A stretch of DNA of 17,011 nt from an uncultured archaeon (GTDB taxonomy: Archaea; Asgardarchaeota; Thorarchaeia; Thorarchaeales; Thorarchaeaceae), in NCBI GenBank assembly GCA_964473825.1, contig CAYYQL010000047.1, forward strand, positions 1 through 17,011. Reading direction: 5' to 3'. Every line of letters begins with the position of its first letter. The stretch's first letter is position 1. The position numbers were made by a program, and so were the translations under genes. The notes under the pieces are model-generated. The model was not told the origin of the DNA and did not search any database. It worked only from the letters and a program-made list of their open reading frames with translations. Positions 1 through 10,000 of the stretch are shown here, piece by piece.

Positions 1-168
1 TGATGCAATGAGGTTCTGCAGACTGATTCTCCTCCCATTATCGCCTGTACAAGGAGCTTGATAGTATTCAAGCTATCGTAACGTATTAACAATCCCTAAG
101 ACAGAAACCGAATGTCGTGATATGAACCGGTTGGTCGATTTCTCGCAGATTCGGTCGATTCATGTAAT

Positions 169-185
169 CAGGAAGGATTTATTAT
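169..185 (+). promoter_or_regulatory. Putative archaeal promoter (purine-rich BRE + TATA box)
   Basis: CAGGAAGGA (169-177) is immediately followed by TTTATTAT (178-185), about 55 nt upstream of ATG 239. An SD-like GGGTG lies at 227-231. Confidence 0.55.
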
Positions 186-190
186 CTAGT

Positions 191-202
191 TGCAGTACTG
201 CA
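191..202. promoter_or_regulatory. Perfect 12-bp palindrome, candidate operator
   Basis: TGCAGTACTGCA is its own reverse complement and sits between the TATA box and the expected transcription start. Confidence 0.4.
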
Positions 203-238
203 GTTGATTACCAGCTTGAGGGAAGCGGGTGTTTGTAG

Positions 239-328
239 ATGAGAATGAGAGAGAGTCTCGTAGCTCTAGCTATGCTTGTATGCTTTCTGTGTGCTTTTGG
301 AACATCTTCAACTCTGCCTGTGAGAGCG
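239..328 (+). other. Sec/SPI-type signal peptide
   Basis: Basic n-region MRMRE, hydrophobic core LVALAMLVCFLCAFG, polar c-region ending P-V-R-A|E. Confidence 0.75.
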
Positions 329-2749
329 GAGTCAGTCCCTGACGGTTCTGGACCGTTTGTTGATGAACTGGTTTTCAAGACCGTCTGGAACGATGATGAG
401 AAGGTCTATGCCCTTCTGAACGATGAGGCGGATGTTGTTGGCGACATGATTCATCCGACCTTTTTGGATACCCTGCAGAGTTCTCAGGACATCGGAATCA
501 TGACCACCCCAAGAAACGGATACGGGTATATGACGATAAACTGTGACAAATATCCCCTGAATATCACTGCCTTTCGTAGAGCAATGGCTTTTGCACTCGA
601 TAAACAAGGAATATCCGATAACGTGTGGGATGGCCTCTCTGAGCCATTGGATGCCGTTGTGCCTAAGATAAACCCGTTCACCATAGAGGGACAGTTGACA
701 TTCTCCTACTACAATCCCAATCCAAGTAAGGGGAATCAACTGCTGGACGCCGCAGGCTTTCTTGATGTTGACGGTGATGGGTATCGAGAGGCGCCTGATG
801 GAACCGATTTCTCAGTAGAAGTTGTATCAGCAGATGCTTCAAGCATAGCTATGCAGATTGGTGACTATGGCGCGGGGGCTCTGCAGAGTCTAGGCATTGA
901 TGCCATCTCTGTGCCCAAGGACTATTTCACTTTCATTCAGACTCTCTATCATCACGGTGACTATGACATTGCATTTCTCGGCTCAACTTTCGACGACCTT
1001 GATGTTGATTGGTTGGCGTACGAATTCTGGTCCGAGTACGCTGACGAGCCGTATTTTAACTTCCCAAACTTCCGAAACGCAACATACGATTCGTGGCGCA
1101 ATCAGCTCCTTCACTCGGCCGACTACCAAGATGTCTACGACGCAGCAATCGAGATGCAGCGAATATTGGCGTATGAATGTCCCCTCATCATTGCGTATGA
1201 GAATAATGTGATCTCTGCGTATAGAACTGACAGATTTGAGGGACACGTCAATGATTTTGCTGATGGAGCAGCCAGCTGGTGGACGAATCAGAGGGTTCAT
1301 CTTAAAGAAAGCCTTGGTGGTCCCTATGGCGGGTCCTTTAGATGGGCATTACCCTTGGATCGAGATAATTTCAATCTACTAATCTCTCTGAGTGTTTATG
1401 ATTCATCCCTCAAGCAAGAGCTTTATGACGGAGTGTTGAAACGCACACCAGACGGTGAACTGATTCCATGGCTCGCCGAATCTTACGTTGCTGAGACATA
1501 TTGGGACAACCCCGCTGTGCCAGAAGGGCATACGCGATTCAAATTCAATTTTGTCACCAATGCTTCTTGGAGTGACGGAATGCCCTTAACAGCCCAAGAC
1601 GCCGCATTCACAATTAACTATTACTTCGAACACGGTCTAGTGGGTGGCGAGTTCTTACAAGAGGGGCTATACGCAGCATATGCTCCAACAGACTATCAGT
1701 TAGTTGTTGAGTTTGTTGGGGAGTCCTACTGGCACCTCACATCACTCGGAAAGCTAGAAGTACTTCCAAAGCATCAGCTGGCCGGAGTTGACCCCTATAC
1801 TTGGAGCCCTAGTTGGGACGAATTAGTCACGTCTGGGCCATTCCGCCTAGCGGAGAGAGTACCTGGCGAATTCATCCGCATGGAGAAAAACTCTCTATAC
1901 TTCAAGACCCCACTGACCGGAGAAACAACTTCGTCTTCACCTTCTGACTCACCCGCCGTCTACTCAACCGATGTGTCACTTCAAGGGTTTGAGGCCGCTT
2001 CATCAGAAACTCTGAAACCACCTGATCAGAAGTACGACGCCGTTTTGCAGGAGTATCTCGAAACTGAAGAGATACCAGATTCCGTAGTGAAGACAGCATG
2101 TGGGGACTCGAATGTGATAGTTTATGTTTCTAGCGAAGATATTGCTGAAGCTCTTGAGGAGGAGTTTGGGGTGAAGTGGAAGATGAATCTAGGACCCGCG
2201 GTCGTTGTTCATGCATCTATCTCATCTGCAAGAGAACTTCGTCGTCTTGGAGAGAACGAAGGTGTGCTGTATGTGAAGGCAGATATCGTGGAGAACAGAG
2301 CAGATTCGCTTGATACCACTGCTTCAAAAGGACTGAACTCGTTAGAGACCCGAGATCTGATAGGAGCAAACGGGATCTACGCATCTGGATACAACGGTTC
2401 AGGAGTGACGGTAGGTGTGGTTGACAGCGGAACCGACTTCAGTCACCCCGATCTGCAAACAGCGATGTCCGTTGACGAATACGGAAGGCCAACCTCCTAC
2501 GATCCAACAGGATGGGGAATCCAACTCATGGTTCGAGCCAATTCTTCGGTACTAGTAGATCCGGATGCTTGGCTCGCTGAGGGCAACGTACTCACCTATC
2601 AGAGTGGAGGAAACTACTATATTAACACCACAGGTTGGGACCCTATTGTGAACAACCAAGGGCGGAACTCGATATCTCATGGGTCTTCTTCCGCCATACG
2701 GAAACGGGTATCCAGAGGGAACCGATTTCGGTTTCATTGGAGCCTATGA
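239..2749 (+). CDS. 5' part of giant frameshifted gene: signal peptide + family-5 ABC transporter substrate-binding domain + propeptide + N-terminal fragment of S8 serine peptidase (catalytic Asp)
   Basis: 836-aa ORF with a hydrophobic N-terminus ending in VRA. SBP family-5 motifs: FRRAMAFALDK, LYDGV..GELIPWLAESY, WSDGMPLTAQDAAFT, SGPFRL..PGEFIRMEKN. Subtilase Asp motif GVTVGVVDSGTDFSHPDL (Asp codon 2423-2425). The last ~28 aa (RNSISHG...WSL) look out of frame. Confidence 0.9.
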   Translation: MRMRESLVALAMLVCFLCAFGTSSTLPVRAESVPDGSGPFVDELVFKTVWNDDEKVYALLNDEADVVGDMIHPTFLDTLQSSQDIGIMTTPRNGYGYMTINCDKYPLNITAFRRAMAFALDKQGISDNVWDGLSEPLDAVVPKINPFTIEGQLTFSYYNPNPSKGNQLLDAAGFLDVDGDGYREAPDGTDFSVEVVSADASSIAMQIGDYGAGALQSLGIDAISVPKDYFTFIQTLYHHGDYDIAFLGSTFDDLDVDWLAYEFWSEYADEPYFNFPNFRNATYDSWRNQLLHSADYQDVYDAAIEMQRILAYECPLIIAYENNVISAYRTDRFEGHVNDFADGAASWWTNQRVHLKESLGGPYGGSFRWALPLDRDNFNLLISLSVYDSSLKQELYDGVLKRTPDGELIPWLAESYVAETYWDNPAVPEGHTRFKFNFVTNASWSDGMPLTAQDAAFTINYYFEHGLVGGEFLQEGLYAAYAPTDYQLVVEFVGESYWHLTSLGKLEVLPKHQLAGVDPYTWSPSWDELVTSGPFRLAERVPGEFIRMEKNSLYFKTPLTGETTSSSPSDSPAVYSTDVSLQGFEAASSETLKPPDQKYDAVLQEYLETEEIPDSVVKTACGDSNVIVYVSSEDIAEALEEEFGVKWKMNLGPAVVVHASISSARELRRLGENEGVLYVKADIVENRADSLDTTASKGLNSLETRDLIGANGIYASGYNGSGVTVGVVDSGTDFSHPDLQTAMSVDEYGRPTSYDPTGWGIQLMVRANSSVLVDPDAWLAEGNVLTYQSGGNYYINTTGWDPIVNNQGRNSISHGSSSAIRKRVSRGNRFRFHWSL
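350..1906 (+). other. Family-5 (OppA/DppA/NikA-like) solute-binding domain, circularly permuted
   Basis: Starts GPFVDELVFK..ALLNDEADVV, has GGSFRWAL at ~1328 and WSDG at 1568, and ends SGPF...EKNSLYFK. Confidence 0.85.
2030..2284 (+). other. Subtilase propeptide-like (I9-like) segment
   Basis: KYDAVLQEYL...NVIVYV...VVHASISSARELRRLGENEGVLYVKAD directly precedes the catalytic domain. The terminal 'L...GV.YV..D' pattern is typical of subtilase prodomains. Confidence 0.6.
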
Positions 2750-4058
2750 GTACTATTGGGATATACCTCAGTTTTCGGAGTTTGTCTACAATGAGATGTG
2801 GAAGCACTGGCAGATACCGGCACCCACCGGGCAAGACTACCGGGTAGGCTGGGTACATGAGCAGAGGCAAGACCGATACGCCAAGGTTTTTGCTCCCGCA
2901 CTCATCATTGACGGACAAGAAGTAGTAATAGACTGGAATGGTTCTATTGCCTGGACTCAGATGTGGAATTGGGCGGCATATGACCGGAGTATAGACCTCA
3001 GTGTCCAAGAGGATCGGGACATGATATCGGGTAAGATGGATTGGAGCTTCGTTGATGACATAAACGAAGGTTACACTTTTACAGTGACGGGAAACAACAT
3101 CCTGAGCGCCGACGTAGATGACGATGGTATCACCGATTGGGGACTGGGCTCGTTAACTTGGGCATACGATGATCCTGGATTCTTTGCAGACGAGCCTTTG
3201 TTCTGTGGCATAAGGTCTGATGCGATGGCTTTCGCTCTGATGTATACCTCTGAGAACAGCCATGGCCAGATTGTTGCATCTGCGCTGGGTTCAAGAGGTG
3301 TGATGGAGCATGAAATCTACCAGAACGGCTCTCTGTACCAGTTACCCGGCATTGCCACTGGTGCGAATCTCATGGCTGTCAAGGGTGTGACCTCAGGATC
3401 GGACTTGGGTGCTCTGTTTTGGTCAGCAGGCTTCCATCTGAACGCTACATCTGGCTACTGGGAGTATACAGGACAGCATAAGGCCGATCTCGTATCCAAT
3501 TCTTGGAACTATGAACAGGGTTCGTATCTTGACCTGACTTTTCTGACTATGACTTGGGACCTCGTGTCCGCACCTGGTTTTGCTCATCCCGACAATCCAG
3601 GCACTCTATTTCTGTTCTCTTCTGGAAACTCAGGCGCCGGGTACTTAACCTCGAGTCCCCCAGCAACCTCTGGCGCAGTGGTCTCGGTCGGATCGGTGTG
3701 GTCTACCCATTCAGCGCTGTCGGAGACTTCAGCCGGATTGAATGCGTACTTTGGTTCGAACGGTCCATCTCTAGTTGGTCTTGTCAAGCCTGATATAGTA
3801 TCTCCTGGTGCAGGTGTTACATCTTCGGCACTGCAGAATGTTCTCTTGGGTGGTCAATCCTACAAGTGGTGGCACGGTACTAGTTTCTCCTGTCCTGTTG
3901 TTTCAGGGGCAGCAGCACTCATCCTCGAAGCCCTCTCTGCCAATGGAATGCCAACTGACTCTCTGACTCTGAAGCAGATTCTCCTGTCAAGTGCACGAGA
4001 CCTTGGATATGATGCCTTTGTCCAGGGCCATGGAATGGTTGATCTTGAAACGGCAATC
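2342..4058 (+). other. S8 subtilisin-family catalytic domain with large Asp-His insertion (spans the frameshift)
   Basis: Asp 2423, His 3261, oxyanion Asn 3627 and Ser 3882 codons occur in canonical order with canonical flanking motifs. Confidence 0.9.
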
Positions 4059-7000
4059 ATGGCAATCGAAACTCGCTCCGCAGGTCACTACTATTTCGAG
4101 TCCAACGAGAGCTACAACAACTACGCTCAGATAATGAATGATGCTTGGTCTGATTGGATGTTCATGAATTGGGCCGGTATTCACCAAACATCTCCCTCTC
4201 ACCCCCAGGACCTTGGTAGTGCCAGCCTATTCTTCGGAAATGTGTATCCAGGCGATTCGGCAACGATGACGATGGAAACCAAGGGATACGACGGATCGGT
4301 CAATAACCTGACTGCATTCAGCTCTGTTACAGCATGGCACTATGTCGGCCAGGGTCCACTCACGTACGAGATAGACAGCTACTGCTACGATGTTGCTGGA
4401 GTAACACATTCCGGTTTCCACAATCTTACAGACGTACTCGAAGCATCCATCCATAACAATCTGATGAGCTCTCCTTATGCAACACTGAGCCTCAGATCCT
4501 GTCCCGAAACGTCCAACTTCTGGATAGAGCTAATAGACTGGGAGGACTCCGATGGAAACGGCGTTGTGAATCACTATGTCGATGATATCAACTTCGGAGA
4601 TCAGATAAGAGTCATAACCACAGACAGACATGATGCAAAAGCGCTATGGCTGCGGATTGCAGATATTGCTTCGATTGATAATCTGTTTGATCATACTCCT
4701 ACACTTGTGGTTCATGACCCTGACACCAGCGGCGGAGGAAGCCACCACCTCTATCTTGAGGTGAGCATCTGGAACCGACAAAGCAGCTCCTCAATGTCGA
4801 TATCTGATGGTGCTGACAACTCCATTAGTTTCCAGCTCAATCTTCCAACTGACGCTGAACCGGGCATCCACCAGGGATTCATCGAATTCTCTGATACAAC
4901 AAGTGGTTTTCTGCATCAGGTGCCGTATTCCTACATGGCAGTCTACAATGCGTCTGCTCAGGAAGGGGTCAGAGACACCATAGTTGACAAGTTTGGCTTA
5001 GAATACACACCATACGAGAACGGAGCTATCATGTCGTCTGTTTCGATCAGATCCGATACACGCGCTGATTGGGGCGGATATCTCTCCTTTGCTATAGATG
5101 TCCCGTATACTCAAGCAGAGGTTCTGGTCTTCAGGACAATATCTGACTCAGGTGGCTCTCCCATAGATATGTATCTCCGGTCAACTAGCTATCACCTCCT
5201 CGCTAGCACGGATGATGGGTACTCTTCAGATGATAATCCTGACACTCCGTTGTTCAGCCCAGAGGGTACAGGAGCAGGTACAAATACTCTCATTTATGAT
5301 CCCGGTAGTTCGGTTGCTGGCAAATACTACCTGATGCTTGCAGCCTATGATTCGGGATATAGCTGTATTCCTCAGCAATTCAATCTGACGTTCGTCTGGT
5401 TGGCGGAGCTCCCTCAACCTAGTCCAGATCTGACATGGTCATCACTATGGGACAGCAATCCATCTGCTGTTTCCGAACATGATATACTAGTGGGCGATCA
5501 CGTTACTGTGAACGGTTCCTGGGCCATGCCCTCGGTCGATGCTGTACCTGAGTACTCCATCAGTCAGACCAATCTACAATTCGCATCTGGCGTCTACTTC
5601 GAGCATACTCAGGATGTGTTGGTTCCCCCCTACTGGGCAGATGTGTTCAGCATGTATCCAATAGACCCAGATCTATTCTCTTGGATGTACGTTGACGGCA
5701 TCAAAGAAGGTGATGAGGTTCGCATAGAGGTGTCTTTTACAAATGCCGATTGTGATGTGATGGTCTGGTGGGCAGACACTGACAGTAGTGAGTGGGCGTA
5801 CTCAAATAATCTTGTGGGAAACCAGATGGCCACGAGCCGTAATCCAGAGGTTGGATCATTCGTAGCTGAGCGTTCGGGTACCATTGCCGTGGGGAGTTTC
5901 GACTACTCTGTAGACGATGGCCTATGGACTCTAGTTGTAGACACCCGTGACTTTGTCGAAACCAGTGCTGAGAATGACTGGCTTACGTTCGATACTGCTT
6001 CATTTGGCAAGAACACGACTCGCGATGTGATACTTGTGGGCCGAAATGATGCAGGGATGCAGTTCGAAACTCAATGGCTAAATATCACATTCCGCAATTT
6101 CTTCGCTCCTGACGTGACGGTAGTTTCCCCAAACGGTGGAGAAACTCTTGTTGGCGCTTACACTATTTCTTGGGCTGCAAGTTCACTCAACATCGATCAT
6201 CAATTCACGCACGATGTTTACATCTCCAATGACTACGGACTCACCTTCCAGCTATACGCGAGAGGTCTAGGAACTACTTCATATGACTGGGATACCTCCA
6301 TATGGCAAGAAATGGACTCGTATATGGTCCAAATACGTACGCATGATCGGGGAATGATTGGGGAAGATCGGTCTGATAATGTCTTTCGGGCGGGAGAGGT
6401 TCCCGTGGTCGATGATACAGCTCCAGAAGTCACGGGCATAGCTGAATATGAATACATGGAGCTTGAAACAGATAACATCATCCAATGGCAAGCCTATGAT
6501 CTACATCCAGACTACTTTGAGATTTGGATTGATGATGTTCTGCATACAGCTTTTGATTGGCGCTGTTCATACGAAGTATTCCAATCGAACATTGATGGAC
6601 TTGAAGTCGGTACCCACAACGTTACAGCAAGAGCCGTAGACCAAGCCGGCAATAGCAAGACTGCGACGTCAACTGTGACAGTAACAGCAGACCTGCCCCC
6701 GATAATCATTGGTCCTGCGGATCTCAGCTACGTCGAAGGAACGACTGGGCATCAAATAACTTGGCAACTGTCAGACTATAACCTGCATGGGTACAAGATT
6801 CTGCTGAACGGGACAGAGATTGTGGAGGGGCTATCGGATTCATCATCTCAAGGAATTGATGTTTCAGGGCATACTGTTGGCGTGTATAATTATACAATAC
6901 TGGTTAACGATACACTTGGTCAGTATTCTAGTGACACAGTTCTTGTTGGAGTGGTCAATGTTGTGGAGATCTACTCCAATGAGGATTTTGCAATCCAAGG

Positions 7001-10000
7001 CTGGCCAGGTAGCGGCACTGCGGTCGACCCATATGTAATTGATGGACTTAGTATCAGCCACAATGGAATCGCCGTAAGAATTGAGAACGTTGATGCTTTC
7101 TTTATTATTCAAAACTCACATTTCTCATCCTTTGGTGGAGGAGGCACAGGAATCTATCTTGTGAACTGCCGGAACGCATTGATAATCTCATGTGAGTTCG
7201 AAACAAGATACGGTATCTACCTTTGGAATTCTTATGCATCTAACATTTCAGATTGTGTGTTCAAATCATCTCGATATGGTGTATATCTTCGCGAGAGCAG
7301 TCAATGCAATCTCAACGGGAATGATTTCACTGGCTGCGGAGTTCGCATATCCGGATCAGATGAGTCTCATGTTGATCATAGTTTTGATGCTAACGTGGTG
7401 AACGGATTACCTCTTGGTTACTTCCATCAGACCTCTAATCTTGTGGTGGATGGGTCATCTTTTGGTCAGGTCATCTTGGCGGAATGTGTGAATGTGACAG
7501 TAGAGGGCGGAGAGTTTCAGGGAGTGGCAATGCAGATACTTTTCGGGTCTCAGTGTTCATTCCGAGATATGACCATCACTGAAAGTGCAGTGGGAGTGGC
7601 TTTGTATTCATCATCACAGTGCACGATTCAAAATGTAGGCATCGATGGCTCACAGTACGGTATTGAGGCTCGTCTTTGCCCTAGCTTGCGTATCCTAGAC
7701 TGTGATGTAACAGGCAGTATGTTCCCGGGCATATCCATATACGATTCAGATCACTCGCTGATTTCAGCTAACAATGTAAGCCATGGTAACCACTGGGGTA
7801 TCCGTGTTGATGTTTCAGAAAACGTTACCCTCATTGGGAATTTGGTTTCCTTCAACCGCTACAAAGGGATTTGGGTGACTTCAAGCTCCAATGTTTTGGC
7901 AGATGGCAACGAGGTGTTCTCTAACCAGGAGTCTGGTCTCTGGTTCGAAGACTGCGAACAGAGCTATGTGTACAACAACTCCCTGTACCTCAATAGCTGG
8001 CATGGATTGTTCGTGTTGCGTTGTGATTCGATGGATATCTCTAACAACACTGTCTATAGCAATAACGAGCATGGGATAGCCGTTGGAGATTCGTTGAGTT
8101 GCTTCATTGAGAATAACCTAGTCTATGATGCTGGTGGTCACGGGATTGAAGTGTGGCACTCAGACCATGTCCGTATAAGCTCGAATGTTATCTATGACAC
8201 TGTGTGGACTGGGATATCTCTATACAGCGGATGGTACTGTAATATCACCCATAACACGGTCTATCTGAATCAAGAAGATGGCATTCGGGTTGGAGATTCC
8301 TATTACTTCCAAGTCAGTGGCAATACCATACACGGAAGTGGCTGGTGGGGCATACGCTCTTATTATTCCGAACACGCTACTCTGAGCGATAATCTGGTAT
8401 ATGCTTGTTCGGAGAATGGAATAGGCATCCATGATTCACTTCACTTCCTGGTTAAGAACTGCACCGTTCTTGACAGTGGATGGTCGTCACTGAGCCTGTG
8501 GAAAGTGAATCACACCCGAGTAGAGGGGGGTAACTACACTGATGCCGATGGATGGGGGCTTGCAATTAGCAACTCCGTCAATGTGACCTTCTTCGGGACC
8601 TATCTCCATAATCGTCCTTCAACAGCTATGCACGTGGGCAATTGCTGGGATGTGAAACTTGTGGAGATGTACATCCATGATGCAATCGGCTTGGCAATAC
8701 ACATTGAAGACACCCATGATAGCTGGATTGAGAATTGTACAATCTACGACACGGGTTACACGGCAGTTCTTGCACAAAGATGCAATAATTTCCGTTTCAT
8801 TGGTAATAGTGTAAATCGGAGTAGACAGGCTGGTTTGATACTCGAATGGTGTACGGGTGCATACGTAGCTGGCAACGCATTTTGTTGCAACAGGTGGGAA
8901 GCCATATCACTCAGCGACAGTGATATGTGTACACTGGTGAATAACATAATAGAGAACAACCGTCGTAGGGGGATTCTTGTTGATTCACGGTCGGAAGCTA
9001 ATCTACTATACATGAACTACATAGGATGGAATGGGGATCAGAATGCGCAGGATGATGGCTTTGACAACCAGTGGGATGATGGCGTATCTCAGGGCAACTA
9101 CTGGAGTGACTACGATGGAGTTGGTTACTATTCCGTCGAGGGAATGGCGGCAAGCGTAGATAGATATCCCACCCTGTGGACCGATGATGTTCCACCGTCC
9201 CTGAATGAGCAAGATGACCTAGGCTTCTACGAAGGCACGACGGGCTTTTCGATAACATGGAATGCAACAGACAGGCATCCCGGGTCCTACAAGGTCTATT
9301 CGGATGGAGCCGTCATACGTGAGGGGGTCTGGTTCTATGATATACTCTCGGTCACTTTGTCGCTTGATGGCTATCCGTTTGGAGTCCATAACATTACCAT
9401 TGTTGTCTGGGACGCTGCAGGAAATGTCGCACGGGACACCGTTATGGTGGACGTAATGGATGGCACCATCCCTGTATTGACCAGTCCTCCAGACATGGCT
9501 TTCGGCAAATCAGAGTCTGGTTACGTCATAGATTGGACAGCGGAGGATGACCATCCATCGAACTACGAAATCTTCCTCGATAGCATTGTCATTGAATCTG
9601 GCACTTGGACCGCAAATATACAGGGATTCTCTGTACTCCTGGATGGACTGGAGGTGGGGATATACAACTACACTCTAGTTGTAATCGACGCTGGTGGGAA
9701 CAGCGCGTTCAATAGCGTGATGGTGGAGGTCTTCGATGATACTATTCCGATACTAAATCATCCCGCTGATGTGACGTACGAACACGGGGAAACCGGTCAC
9801 AGTATCGAATGGTCGCCCTCCGATGGTGATCCAGTTAGTTATGAAGTGTTCTTGGACAGCGCTTTGCTTGTTTCGGGACCATGGAACGTGACTGGAGAAA
9901 CGATTGTAATCTGTGTAGATGGTCACACTCCAGGAGCGTATAACTACACAATCGTTGTAAGTGACATAGGCGGTAATACGGCCGCTGACACTGTCTTAGT

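Noticed and set aside
1-120. Possible end or start of a neighbouring gene at the left edge
   Set aside because: Only short open stretches with no recognisable motif; a frame or strand cannot be assigned from this window.
272-300. Cys residues in the signal peptide as a lipobox
   Set aside because: MLVC and CFLC do not fit [LVI][ASTVI][GAS]C, and a VRA signal peptidase I site follows.
2679-2681. ATG 2679 as an independent start for a separate 4657-aa protein
   Set aside because: The product would lack a signal peptide and the catalytic Asp, and a one-base repair joins it seamlessly to ORF1.
2423-3263. Intein as the explanation for the Asp-His insertion
   Set aside because: I see no C/S-start and HN-C/S/T end splice motifs or LAGLIDADG blocks.
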